This document shows positions 1 through 10,850 of a stretch of DNA of 51,727 bases, in pieces (the first letter of the stretch is position 1; each line of letters opens with the position of its first letter). Below the pieces are notes generated by a model. It did no database searches. It worked only from the letters and a program-made list of their open reading frames with translations, and was not told where the DNA came from. The translations under genes and the position numbers were made by a program. Source of the stretch: Basidiobolus meristosporus CBS 931.73 (taxonomy: Eukaryota; Fungi; Basidiobolomycota); NCBI GenBank assembly GCA_002104905.1, contig MCFE01000627.1, forward strand, positions 1 to 51,727, written 5' to 3'.

Positions 1-610
1 TCCTAACGCTCGCTTTGTCGTGGTTTGAATTGGTAGGGAAGAGAGGAAAATATACACCGGTACTGTACAGTGGGAATAGAAACACCAGGTACAAACTTTC
101 ACCAGAATCTAAACAAGGTGCGTAAAAACAACGGGTTCAAGGGAACAGGCTTGTCAAGGAAGGCGTATCCAGGTGAAATAAGATAGATACCTGCCAAAGT
201 CAGTTAGGCTTTGCCAAGTTCACAATCACTGCGATTCACGAAATCATCCACAAAATCATCCTTCCACATGGATTCGTTTACCAAACCATCCCTCCCCCTC
301 CTCCAATCATCGCCCGCTAACGATTCCATAATTTACTTGAACAATATTGTTGAACTCGAGATGAATGGCCAGTAGATTGGGTACCTATTCATGAGCTCGG
401 GTGACCCAGATCTGGTGATTAATCGATCTTAAAGTGCTAGCGGGTTCCTTGTGCTACATACACGCTAGTGCTAGTTGGACCCGCGGTTCCTAGAATCTAA
501 TATCGAAACAGCAAATCCCTGAGTTGGCGGCAGTTGTAAACAATCAGTGATTTCATTAGAAATTCTATTTCTGACTTCGAAATGGTTTTGGGAAATATCC
601 GGCCAATATC

Positions 611-1120
611 TTACTTTTCAACATACTTGCCAATCTGAAGAATCACCAAAGTCCTGGAAGTGACCAAATCTTTCAAGCCTCCCCAAATAGCCCAAGATTT
701 TGCTCCGCTTCCGGTGACCTTATAAAAAGCATCCACTTCTTCACATTTATGGTAGAGTGTGCTGATTTGTAAATTTGATTGATATGAAACCATTCCAACA
801 CTGACTGCAGTTAATCACTCCTTGAATCAAAAGAACTTGACCAGAATTTTGCAATTCAATCCCCCAAACATCCATAGATTGGTGTCTTGATTGTTGTTCA
901 CTTGCCAACCCTGAGCTATCAATGTATCTCAACTTCATTGTATGTTATTTGGTAATCCTCCACTCATCACACTCCTCCTCATGAACTCCAACAGTGCCAC
1001 CAACACTGATCTATATGGATTGGTGTACTTTGAAACTCCTTCTATAGCCAAATATTTGTTGGCACTGTCATACCAATGCCTGTATTTTCTATTGTGAATC
1101 TTGTAGATACCCCTACATAT
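611..1120 (-). pseudogene. Unidentified interrupted reading frame (~170 codons) whose internal stops are all TGA
   Basis: The frame of ORF 611..793 extends upstream as ICRGIYKIHNRKYRHWYDSANKYLAIEGVSKYTNPYRSVLVALLEFMRRSVMSGGLPNNIQ*S*DTLIAQGW...KFF*FKE*LTAVSVG. The four stops are TGA, compatible with CGA decay. No family recognised. Confidence 0.3.
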
Positions 1121-1383
1121 TCAATCAGGTTACTCACTTAGATCTTAGTCTACAAATGTTAAGGTATCTAAATTGAATCCTGACAAGGGATTTTGGAATA
1201 ATACTCAAGATCTGCGGACTGGGATCTACACAACTAAATTAACATGACTCTTTAGGCGTAACTACAATATTCACATCAAAAACCTCATAATCTGCTTGTT
1301 CTTCTAATCAATTCAAGTTTGCCAAAAACTCTTACATCAAGTTTTGTTGCAAATTTTGTGACTACAACTATATCATCCCCTGG

Positions 1384-1510
1384 CTTAGTCACTTAGAGCA
1401 TTACCTACAATTCTTGGAGTATTCTAGCTATATCCACTGTTGGGAATATTTTCACTAAAATATCAGGTACTCAGAACATGATACTTTGATGAGTTGTCCA
1501 AGCTGCTGTA
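1384..1510 (+). repeat. Decayed fragment of the copia C2-family LTR
   Basis: cttagtcacttag...ttttcactaaaatatcaggtactcagaacatga...gttgtccaa matches the middle of the LTRs at 8252-8600 and 47645-47993. Confidence 0.6.
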
Positions 1511-1658
1511 AGATTCTTGGCAATATTGGAATTGATTGGGAGAACAAGTAGATTAGATGGTTTTCACTCAAGGACTTATTGAAGGTAAAAGCAATATCTA
1601 TACTCTTACATGGTCTTGGCACATCAAACAAGTAGAGTAGGTTTAGGAAGGTCTCAAA

Positions 1659-2004
1659 TGTTGCAATATTCTGAGGAGTATTGGAAGTGATGTAGAGAGC
1701 TAGAGTATATACATGTTATTCACTTGTAGATTTATTGATCAAAAGTATGGTATTTATAATTTTGATCACAGAGTCCAAACAACCATGTAGAGTCTGGTAA
1801 GGAAGTGTTGTGTTGTATTATGATTAGTTTGGGGCTTGTTCTACAATGTAGAGGCTAATCAACAATATACAACAACTTCCAGTATGCTAATACTGAGATA
1901 GTTTATTGGGAGTTTGATATACCGATAGAAGATATAACTTTCACTAATTTCCTCAATCTTGGGCTCAAAATATACTGTAGGCAGTGTTTATCACTTCTAC
2001 AGCA
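1659..2004 (-). repeat. Diverged copia-type LTR (C2/C3-related group)
   Basis: TG...CA ends, ~346 bp. Shares tgttgcaatattctgaggagtatt.gaagtgatgt.gaga and tttattgatcaaaagtat with the copies at ~8886 and 13258. No TSD seen. Confidence 0.55.
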
Positions 2005-2118
2005 GTGTTCTGACCTTCTGTCGACTAATGGGCTTATTTACTTTTATAGTAACTTTTCCTTATTTGGAAGTCACTTTCCTTTCTGAGAAAATATTTCCTA
2101 ATATGGAAATTCTGAACT

Positions 2119-2373
2119 CCCCTTTAACCTAAAGGGGTGTGTTGTAGAAGTCTCTAAAGGGGTCTTTAGACCTAAAGGGGTGTCTAAAGGGGTGTCTTTA
2201 GAGTAAAGGGGCTTCTTGTAGTGGTCTCTAAAGTGGACTTTACACTAAAGGGGTGCCTAAAGGGGCTTCTTTAGAGTAAAGGGGTTACTTAAAGGGGTCT
2301 CTAAAGGGGTCTTTAGACTAAAGGGGTGTCTAAAGGGGTGTCTTTAGAGTAAAGGGGTTTCTTAGAGGGGACT
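2119..2373 (+). repeat. G-rich minisatellite: TAAAGGGG motif in three ~73-nt higher-order units
   Basis: 13 exact TAAAGGGG, two variants (TAAAGTGG, TAGAGGGG) and one inverted CCCCTTTA at 2119. Units start at about 2152, 2226 and 2299. Confidence 0.9.
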
Positions 2374-3039
2374 TTTCCGACAGAAAAGTGGTAGTTTCTT
2401 GTAGAACTTAGATTGGATTCTTGTGAGCTTTGCAGTCTCTTTACTGATGTAGTACCGATCAAAGTCAGAATACTCAACAGTGCAAGTGATGCAGGGGAAG
2501 TCTTATAACCTTTAAACTTGTAATTGTAGTGTGGAGATTCTGGAAAGAGAGGCTCTCCCTTTATTTTTCAGCTGGGGAAGTCATATATATGAAAATTTTG
2601 AAGGATCAAAGTTTTTGGGTGATTGCGCAAGCAATACACGTGATACAAAGCTAAAATTTTGCAGTGGCGCAGATCGGACATAGGCGCAGCACCTGTGAAA
2701 ATTTCACATGATTTTATTGGCTGGTTTGAAAGTTACATGCAATCAAAGTCACCATAGTAATCCTAGCAATAAGGCATAGTATATATAATAGTTGGACTCT
2801 TTTGGTCATAACTCCTTAAGTACTGCTTCAAGTGAGCTGTAATTTGAAACATGTGTTGGCTACTACGTGTTCTGTATGACATAATATTCTTGGGTGGATT
2901 GCTTATCAGGGTCTGGAGCATTTGTTCTTCAAAGTTGGAAATTCTTGATCTTTCACTTGTGTGTTACAATAGCAAAAAGCAAAATAAAGAAATGAGTGCA
3001 ATATTGGTTTAGAGATGTTGTAGTAATGGAATACTTTCC

Positions 3040-3807
3040 ATTACCACAGAAGGTCTCAAGAATATGTGTGCAGAGTTTGGGGGCTTTTGGACAACCTTGA
3101 GAAAGATCATAATCCGGGTACCTGATAGTTTGATATGAGAATTCTCATGTTCTGAGTACCTGATGTTTTGGTGAATTAGTCTAAGTAAATCCCAACAAGG
3201 TGTCATGATCACATGACAACCATGAACACCTATGCCAAGTTTCAGCTTCCTAGCTCAATTTCTAAGAGATTCCTTCTGGAGCCTTCTACCACCTTCCAGA
3301 AAGTTCCTGACCATTCCAAACCATTGTTACACAATGGAATATTCCATGGAAGCTTCCCATTGTATTTTTCATAGTCCAGTACCATATATGGAAATACCAG
3401 GTCACTTGACTTAGTCACATGATCAGGTGACCCAATCCATTTCCCCATCCTGTCTCAGTGCCTTGCCTTCTATATTATTATCCCCAGCACATTGCTGTGC
3501 CTCACCCCACAACCCCATTAGTATTAGCCAATATCTCTTGGCATCAGTATAATCAAAAAGTATATATAGTCCTATCCCCCCTTAAGTATTCCTCAGTCTG
3601 ATAAACACAGGTCTTGAATAAACAGCCTTGCCTTGAATCCTGCCTTGCCTTGATGGTCCACACCTAAGTCCTTTCTTGCCGTGCCTAGCTTTTCCTCCTG
3701 CCTTGTGTCTATTCATAACACAAGGAGTATGGTCAGTATTCTATAAGATTTGTTGATAATGATTTAAGTGACCTAAGCTAGGTGACTATTTAGGTGGAAT
3801 TACAAAT
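3040..3807 (-). repeat. Decayed C2-family-like LTR sequence interrupted by solo LTR Y
   Basis: Reverse complement of LTR blocks (atttgtaattccacctaaat, ccttgttgggatttactt, caggtacccag/tcagaacatg) lies on both sides of 3201-3720. Confidence 0.6.
3201..3720. mobile_element. Solo LTR, family Y (520 bp)
   Basis: Termini TGTCATGA...TCATAACA; perfect 5-bp TSD CAAGG (3196-3200, 3721-3725); TATA-like and AATAAA motifs inside. Confidence 0.85.
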
Positions 3808-3808
3808 C

Positions 3809-5410
3809 CCCTACGAGAAATTATTGCCATGATCCTGTCTAAAGGCCATCAGAAATTCTAATTCCTGTGACTAAGAGGTATTGATCCCATCAGGACATGG
3901 TGCAAAGACTTTCAAAAAATAATTGCACCCCAGATTTCACAAAAAACTTAGTCAAAATTTTTCATTACAACAATACAAAAGTGGCTTTTGATTGGTTCTC
4001 TGCCAATGTTCTTACTTTCTGATTGCAGACACTTTATTACCTCCTACATTTGTGTGTATTGATTGGCTATTGCCTCTTTTTCACACTCCTTACTTCCTGA
4101 CTCAACTGTTTCTCTTACTTTTCATGCATATGAACTGATTTATATCTAATGAAACTTCAGTTGTACCTCAATTGCCAATTGTATTGACCTATACAAATCC
4201 CTATACCCAACACTAACATTAAGCACAACCCCACACTCAACAAGTAACTCCATTAAAATCCACCACTCAACAAGTATTTCTGTTGTAATGCTCTGCTTCC
4301 ATGACTTTGGCAGGAACCCAATGGCTTTATGCCACTGTTCATTCACTGGTTCTCACACATCCTGGTCTTCAGCCAACACTGCAAGGGCTAGCTCCTCATC
4401 TGCTAGTCTTTGCAATATATCCTTGCAATATTCAAGTGCATTTTCTTGAGCACTGCTCTTGAAGAAGTGCTGCAACCTCTTGGTGTACCAATTAATGCTC
4501 CAAAATTTCACTGAAGGCACAGTGATAACCTTTTGAGTTCCTGACATTGTTACTTTGTCTGTCAATGGGATCTCCACCCTGTCAACAATGGAGGATGCAG
4601 AGGCTGTGGTAGATCTCAATGAAAAATTATTGTAATGATCCTGTCAAAAGGCTGTCACAAAGTTAAAGTCCCATGACTAAGAGGTACCGATCCTGTCAGG
4701 ACACCATCCAGAGACTACTGAAAAATAATTACACCTCAGATTTCACAAAAAACTTAGTCAAAATTTCTTATCACAACAATACAAAAGTGGCTTTTGATTG
4801 GTTCTCTGCCAAAGTTCTTACTTTCTGATCCTGGACACTCTATTACCTCCAACATTTGTGTGCATTGATTGGCTTTTGCCTCATTTTCACACTCCTTACT
4901 TCCTGACTCAACCATTTCTCTTACTTTTCATGCATACAAATTGATTTATTACTATTGAAACTTCAGTTGTAGCTCAATTGTCAATTATATTGACCTATAC
5001 AAGTCCCTATATCCTACACTAACATTAAGCCCAACCCCACACTCAACAAGCAACTCCATTAAAATCCACCACTCAAGAAGTATTTCTGCTGTAATGCTCT
5101 GGTTTCACAACTTTGGTGGGAACCCAACAGCTTTATGCCATTGTTCATTCACTGGTTCCCACACATCCTGGTCTTCAGCTGGCACTGCAAGGTCTAGCAC
5201 CTCATCTGCTAGTCTTTGCAATAAATCCTTGCAATATTCAAGTGCATTTTCTTGAGCACTGCTCTTGAAGAAGTGCTGCAATATCTCAGTGTGCCTATTA
5301 ACATTCCAAAATTCCACTGAAGGCATTGTGATAGTCTTTTGAGCTCTTGGCATTATAGCCTTGACTGTCAGTGGGATCTCCACTCTATCAACAAAGGAGG
5401 ATGTGGAGGC
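3809..5410. repeat. Tandem duplication (~0.8 kb x2) of the CACTA-like terminal region
   Basis: About 3809-4610 and about 4611-5410 are collinear diverged direct repeats; ORFs 4353..4619 and 5105..5494 encode the same peptide (HFFKSSAQENALEYCKD). Confidence 0.85.
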
Positions 5411-6713
5411 TGTGGTAGACAAATTGCCTTTTTCTGCAAACTCATTGACCTTGCAGGAGTGTAGCTCAACCAGCCATGCTTCCAACTCTTGCAAAACAAC
5501 TGTTTTCTTGTTGGTAATTCTTCTTAGCTATAATGCGATTCAGTCTGTTCTGGGCTTGCGGCATTAATTGGCAATATCTGTTTCAGGCTTGGGTAGACAT
5601 TTTTCCCTTTCCCTTTATCATTGCCAGGTCTTTCAGTGCTACTTTTTCTGAGTGCTTCCTGTAATGAACTATTTTTTCTCCTTGATAAATTCTGCTCTGA
5701 CGCATTTGTTTTGGCCTGCTTGTCCCTTGCTGGCACTCTTCTGGCAACCTGACATTTCTTTTCCACTTGTTTCAAGCTCTCAGCCATAGTTGTGACAGGC
5801 TCCTGTAAAAGCCTCTGGCTTTTATCACTGCCAGGTCCTTCACAGCTACTTTGACTGAATGCTTCTTGAGTGGTACTATGCTTTTTCCTTGATAAATGTT
5901 GTGCTGGTGCATTCATGTCTGCCTGCTTGTCCCTAATTGGCACTCTTCCAGCAACCTGGCATCTCTATGACACTTGTCTGGAGCTTTTGGCCCTGCTTGT
6001 AATCGGCTCTTCAGGAAGCCACTGTTTTTAGCTATGGCAACCTTGTTCTTTGGCCTTTGATAGTTTCTGCTAGTCTTAAGATACTTTCTTAGCATATCAA
6101 TGCTGGCCCAAAATCTGTTTGCTTGTTTGAATCCAGGATAATGCTCATGGAATAAGTCAAGTGCATTCTGCTTGGCCTTGAGTTCCAGATGGTCCCATGG
6201 TATGCCAGCCTTAAGGTGATGGCATGCTAAACTTCAGATGGCCTCTTGAATATTAGCCCACTCTTCATTATTGCACTCAACGGCTTCACAGATCTTCAGT
6301 GTCTTTTCTTTTTTAGGCCTTGGTTTAAACACCACATTGTCTCCCTCCTATGCTGTGATGGGTTTTTTGTGGGCTTTGTCTTTGGGCACTGTTGTTGTGC
6401 CTCAAAGACTGTACAGTGTTGCTCTGCTGTCACATTGGGAAATGGCTCAATTCTTAGCTGTGACATTAAGCTACTTAGTTCCTTCTTTGCAGCAAAGATA
6501 CTGCTTTCTCTACCTGGGCTATTGATTGCTCTCACATATTATCTGCTCATCCTGTTTCTGGACTTTTTCCTGAGTTCTCTGGACCATCATATCTATGCTA
6601 TCAGCCAACACAGCACTGAATGTCAAAGCAAGCTGTTATCCAACTGTTCTTCTGCTGCTGTCAGCAGTGGGGTTTGGCTGGGAACTGGTCAACTTTGTTT
6701 TATTTTTTGGTAG
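5105..6713 (-). pseudogene. Fragmented accessory ORF of the CACTA-like element, function unknown
   Basis: ORF pieces 5105..5494, 5524..5943, 5913..6095 and 6296..6535 match collinear pieces in the inverted copy (29959..31211 +), e.g. MLRKYLK.SRNYQR and IPWDH.ELKAKQN.LDL. Confidence 0.55.
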
Positions 6714-7095
6714 CATATATATGGAAGTGAGTCAAGCCAAAGGGGGATTAGTGTTACATATACGTGTGTATGTGGTGCCACAACTCTATTTATAGTGCTA
6801 CTATGGTGGGTCATCATTGAATCTTACAATCATATAGGTGCAATGTCTCAAATACAAGACTGCCTTAAGTTCACATGAGTATTGACCAAAAAGTGATATA
6901 ATAGCGTTATGTTGTTGAAGGTCAACTGCTTGCCCCATAGAGAAGACTACTTTGACTCAATGCCATAAGAGAAGTGAAAAAAGACCATGTGGCTAATGTG
7001 GCAAGCCTCTCAGCCATGAATCATGCAGACAGCATAGGAAGTATCACAAGAATCATGGCCAGTGTTTTGCTACCAAAGTAATATTTAACCATCAA

Positions 7096-7878
7096 TTGGT
7101 CACTACTGTGCCAACATTATCTTGCTGGCCAGCTTATACTTCAATATTGGCACCTGGCCATCTTTGTCACCTTGCGCAAACTGAGTCAGGTGAGTTTGTG
7201 ACACCTTTAGGCTCACCTTGGCCTTCTGAATATGGCATGCAGAGTGATAGCTCTGACAAAGAAGGCTCACTGATGGATTGTGAGCCTATCTCCCTTAACA
7301 ACAGTACCACATATGAGCCCAGTCAAATCCCTATATACAATGAGACAACACCCATTGAAAGAAGTGCTAAGGATACTTTATGGGGCCAAGTGAGTCCAGT
7401 AATCCATCTACTGGTGAATGATGTAATGCTTTGGCTAGAGAAGTTGTGTGTTTCTGCTAATATCAGTTATAGGGGCTTTGAGAATTTATTACTGTTTCTT
7501 GCCAATATCATTCCAGGATGCAACTTACCATGTATATGGTACAAGTGGCCAACTGTCATGCAGCTGGCAACATATGATCCAGAGACTGTCCTGATTCCAG
7601 CATGTGTCAACAGTTGCATGGCATTCTCATCCAAAAATGCTACCATTGCAATGTGTCCAAATTGTTGGGAATCCACCACCATTGAGGGAAAACATTGTTC
7701 ACACTCTGGATGTATTCTGGTAATACCCCATCTGAGGAAGCTGATGCAGTCTGACAAATATTGCAAAGCTATACAGTACCGCACTCAGCATCAATCAAGT
7801 GCAAAAATATCCAATATTTTTGATGGCCAACTCCATATTTGGCTCCAGGTATATGGGTTTCAGTATTCAAATACTTGA
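7096..7878 (+). pseudogene. CACTA/EnSpm (Tnp2/TnpD-like) transposase, N-terminal fragment
   Basis: LWLEKLCVSANISYRGFENLLLFLANIIPGCNLP...IPACVNSCMAF...CPNC...PHLRKL...IFDG follows the pattern of the En/Spm transposase N-terminus (F..LL..L...LP..N.LP; AC.N.C..F; CP.C; PRL; DG). Truncated near 7860. Confidence 0.7.
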
Positions 7879-8960
7879 TACAAATATAGCATTCTTCCAC
7901 TACATTGTGTAGTACATGCCCATACTCCAGATGGATATATATGCAATATATATCATCTGGATCCTTACAACTCAAGGAGCTTGTTTCTGAGATCTTTTTC
8001 CACTGATGGGTAGTCCAAAATGGCGGTTAACAGCTCCAGTATTTGCATTCTCAGCCTTATTTTGAGCAGCAACAGATTTGGTAAAATCTTCCTTTGGCAA
8101 TCATTCAATGATGATCTATATTTTTTTTTCAGTTCAGGATAATACCCTATCCAAAAGCCTGTCTAACAGCCAATTGAGATCATATGAATACATATAGCAA
8201 TATATTTCATTGTGGATCTGAACCCTCAACTGCTGGAATTACGCAATTTTCTGTTGTAAAAATTTGTAATTCCACCTAAATATTCACCTAACTTAGTCAC
8301 TTAGATCATTACCCTCAAATCCTAGAGAATACTGACCAAATTCCTTGTTGGGATTTACTTGGAATATTTTCACCAAAATACCAGGTACCCAGAACATGAA
8401 AATTCTCAAAGTTGTCCAAACAGCCCCAAACTTTGCACACATGTTCTTGGGACCTTACTTAACCTATTCTACGTGTTTATAATGCCAAGACTAGGTAAAA
8501 GTATAAATACTACTTTTACATTCAATAAATCATTAAGTGAAAACCACATAAGCTACTTGTTATCCCAATCACTTCTAATATCTCCAAGACTCTTACAACA
8601 TTTTCTTCAGTAGTGGTAGTGCACCAACGTATTATATCTCTTGACAAATTTTCATGTCAGCTTGATAGACTCTCCTTCATAACCAGCTTGAGTAGTAACT
8701 GAGTGAGTCTTTTGAAGGCACAGCCTTCTTCACAGCAATATCCTCCTGAACATAGTCCTTGTAGCAGTGGTAGTCATCTTTAACTTTGGCAAGGCAATAG
8801 TGCAGGAAGTCTTTCTCCAGACTAGCAGAAAAGCATCCAAGGCAAAATAGACACCAAGAGGCCAGCAAGCTCAGGGCTCATTACTGGTTGCAATATTCTG
8901 AGGAGTATTAGGAGTGATGTGGAGAACTGATGATATGGAATCTGTGGAAGTGTAAACAAC
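7860..8960 (-). mobile_element. Diverged 5' fragment of the C3-like non-coding copia family (LTR end, degenerate PBS, leader)
   Basis: The minus strand reads gtaatgagccctgagcttgct...tctggagaaagact and gaaaattgcgtaattccagca, matching C3 at ~35320-35040. Interrupted by the solo LTR at 8252-8600. Confidence 0.6.
8252..8600 (+). mobile_element. Solo LTR of the copia C2 family (349 bp)
   Basis: TGTTG...CAACA; perfect 5-bp TSD TTTTC; collinear with 47645-47993. Confidence 0.92.
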
Positions 8961-8989
8961 TGATGAAGATCTCATATCAACCCACATGA

Positions 8990-10830
8990 ACAGCCTGATA
9001 CACAAGCGCAGTGCCTTGTTTTAGCCCAAGAATGCACACCTAAAATGTTGACTCTGTACCAATTGTATGGTGGGCTCTTTGATGAAAAGTTAAGAAAATC
9101 ATGTGCCAATATATGGGAGAGGAAATGTTTTAATAAGCAATGTTAGCCATTAAAGGAGGAAATATAGACCACTAAAGGGTAAGAGATTCCTTTCTCTCAA
9201 CTACTGCAAAAGGGAAGGGCACAGATGAGAGAGGTCCTTCAAGCAGAAATGTAGTCAGCAGAAAAAGCCTGAATATTAAATCACAGCAACAACTGAAGAT
9301 AAACTACCCATATCTGCACTCTATATAGCCACAAGCAACAACTCCCTGAACTGGTATTTTGAATCTAGAGCTCCTCAACACATTATACACTAAAGAGAAC
9401 TTCTACCTTTATTGAAAAGATTTCAATTAAGATGGCTTCTATGGGTTACAATTTAACATTGAATATAGGTGGAGAGGGGTCCATTATAGTAAGCATCAAA
9501 AGTAGTGAAAGAAGCCATCAGCATATTCTCAATAATGTACACTTTGTATCAGAAATAGCCAAGAGCCTAATAACTGAAAGCAAGGCAACAGCAGAAGAAC
9601 ATAGCTTCAGTTCTGATAAATTTGGGTGATGAATCATTTATCAAAAGAGTGCCCATTTTGCTTTGAGTTTCAGAGATCAGAATCTGCTGAAGTCAACTTA
9701 TGTACCATCACATCAAGAAGCCAAAACAAGTAGCTTCATTGAAGAATAATTGATCCTTTGGCACAGGATGTCTTACACATCTATTTTGATACCTTATGTC
9801 AAAAAGTGAAAGATCAGCTAATTTTAGGAGTAAAAGTTGATCCTCCAGCCAATATGGAGCAATGTGAGGCCTAGATCTATGGGAAACACGCTTGACAGCT
9901 GCTTAGGAGCAGTGGTCAATCAAAATCTAGAAAAACTAGATTCAGCTTATATTGATTGCTGAGGACCAAACAAAATATTTGCTAAGTAGAATGAAGTATT
10001 TTTTGCATTGCTAAATGACTACAGAGGATGCATATGAATCTACATCATGGAACAGAAGCAAGGAGCTCTGTCTAAGCACAGGGACTTAAAGACATGGTGG
10101 AGGGAAGAATCAGTCAAGAAACCAAGAAAGCACCCTGTGAAAATGAGGCAGAATATACCTCAAACTCATCATCCACTTATGCAAACTAATTTGATAAAGC
10201 AAGAGACCCATTTATAATAGTCTCCACAACAAAATGAAGTGGTAGAGCATGCAAAACAATCCATAGCTGACATAGCAAGCTCTATGATCTATAACCAAGA
10301 ATTATATGATGGATTTTGGGTTGGGTCAGTTGCTATAGCTTTGTAGCTTGAGAATAGCACTTACAGCAGTACCTTGAGGTTCTACTGAATCTGAGATATG
10401 ATATAGATACAAGCCTAGTACAGAGCACCCTAGGATAATTGATTGCAGAGCATATGCCAAGAAACAGCCTTGAAATCAGTAAAACTAGAGCCAAGACTGT
10501 AAAATGCTCATTTGGGGCATTGGTATTAAGTGTGAGGCATACTGGCTCTAAAGTACTAAAGTAACAAAACAGGGCCAGTCTACAGAGGTGCTGTTTGATG
10601 TAGACAAGAATAGCACCAAAATCTTATCAGATGATAATAAAAACTCAGTCAGATGTCCACATCTATTTGTAGTCTAGAGGAACTTACAACATTAATTTGT
10701 CTGAATCAGTGTCTATGAACATCCTGGAATTGGTCATTTTAGTACCTCATGGCAGAAGATTCTATATGAAAAGTAATTGTGCTGATGCCACAAAAAGGCT
10801 GGCAAAAAATTTAAATCTAGCAATTGAGAG
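8990..10830 (+). mobile_element. Heavily decayed C2-like copia internal region (gag end, protease, integrase)
   Basis: Nucleotide blocks such as gcaacaactgaagataaactacccatatctgca and ccacaacaaaatgaagtggtagagcatgcaaaac match C2 at ~48786 and ~49735. No ORF longer than 65 aa. Confidence 0.65.
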
Positions 10831-10850
10831 GTGTTACTGCCATCAGGATA

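Larger units (their letters stand above)
3809..7860. mobile_element. CACTA/EnSpm-like DNA transposon remnant, copy 1 (terminus, accessory ORF, transposase N-terminus)
   Basis: Begins CCCTACGAGAAA (10/12 to the En/Spm TIR CACTACAAGAAA). The same end recurs at 10851 and, inverted and more diverged, near 32078. Carries a Tnp2-like transposase fragment on the + strand. Confidence 0.7.

Noticed and set aside
747-938. Copia integrase fragment (MDVWG)
   Set aside because: Only a 4-residue resemblance; the other integrase motifs are absent and a different frame looks more continuous.
611-1130. Alternative genetic code (TGA as a sense codon)
   Set aside because: CGA>TGA decay is simpler, and neighbouring elements use TGG for Trp and end or break ORFs at TGA.
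2119-2373. CRISPR array or true telomere
   Set aside because: The motif is only 8 bp, spacers are short and mutually similar, no cas genes are present, and it is not a perfect tandem array or at a sequence end.
6246-6713. 155-aa + strand ORF and the many other 60-120 aa ORFs as host genes
   Set aside because: They lie antisense to, or in alternate frames of, TE sequence and are not conserved as ORFs between repeat copies.
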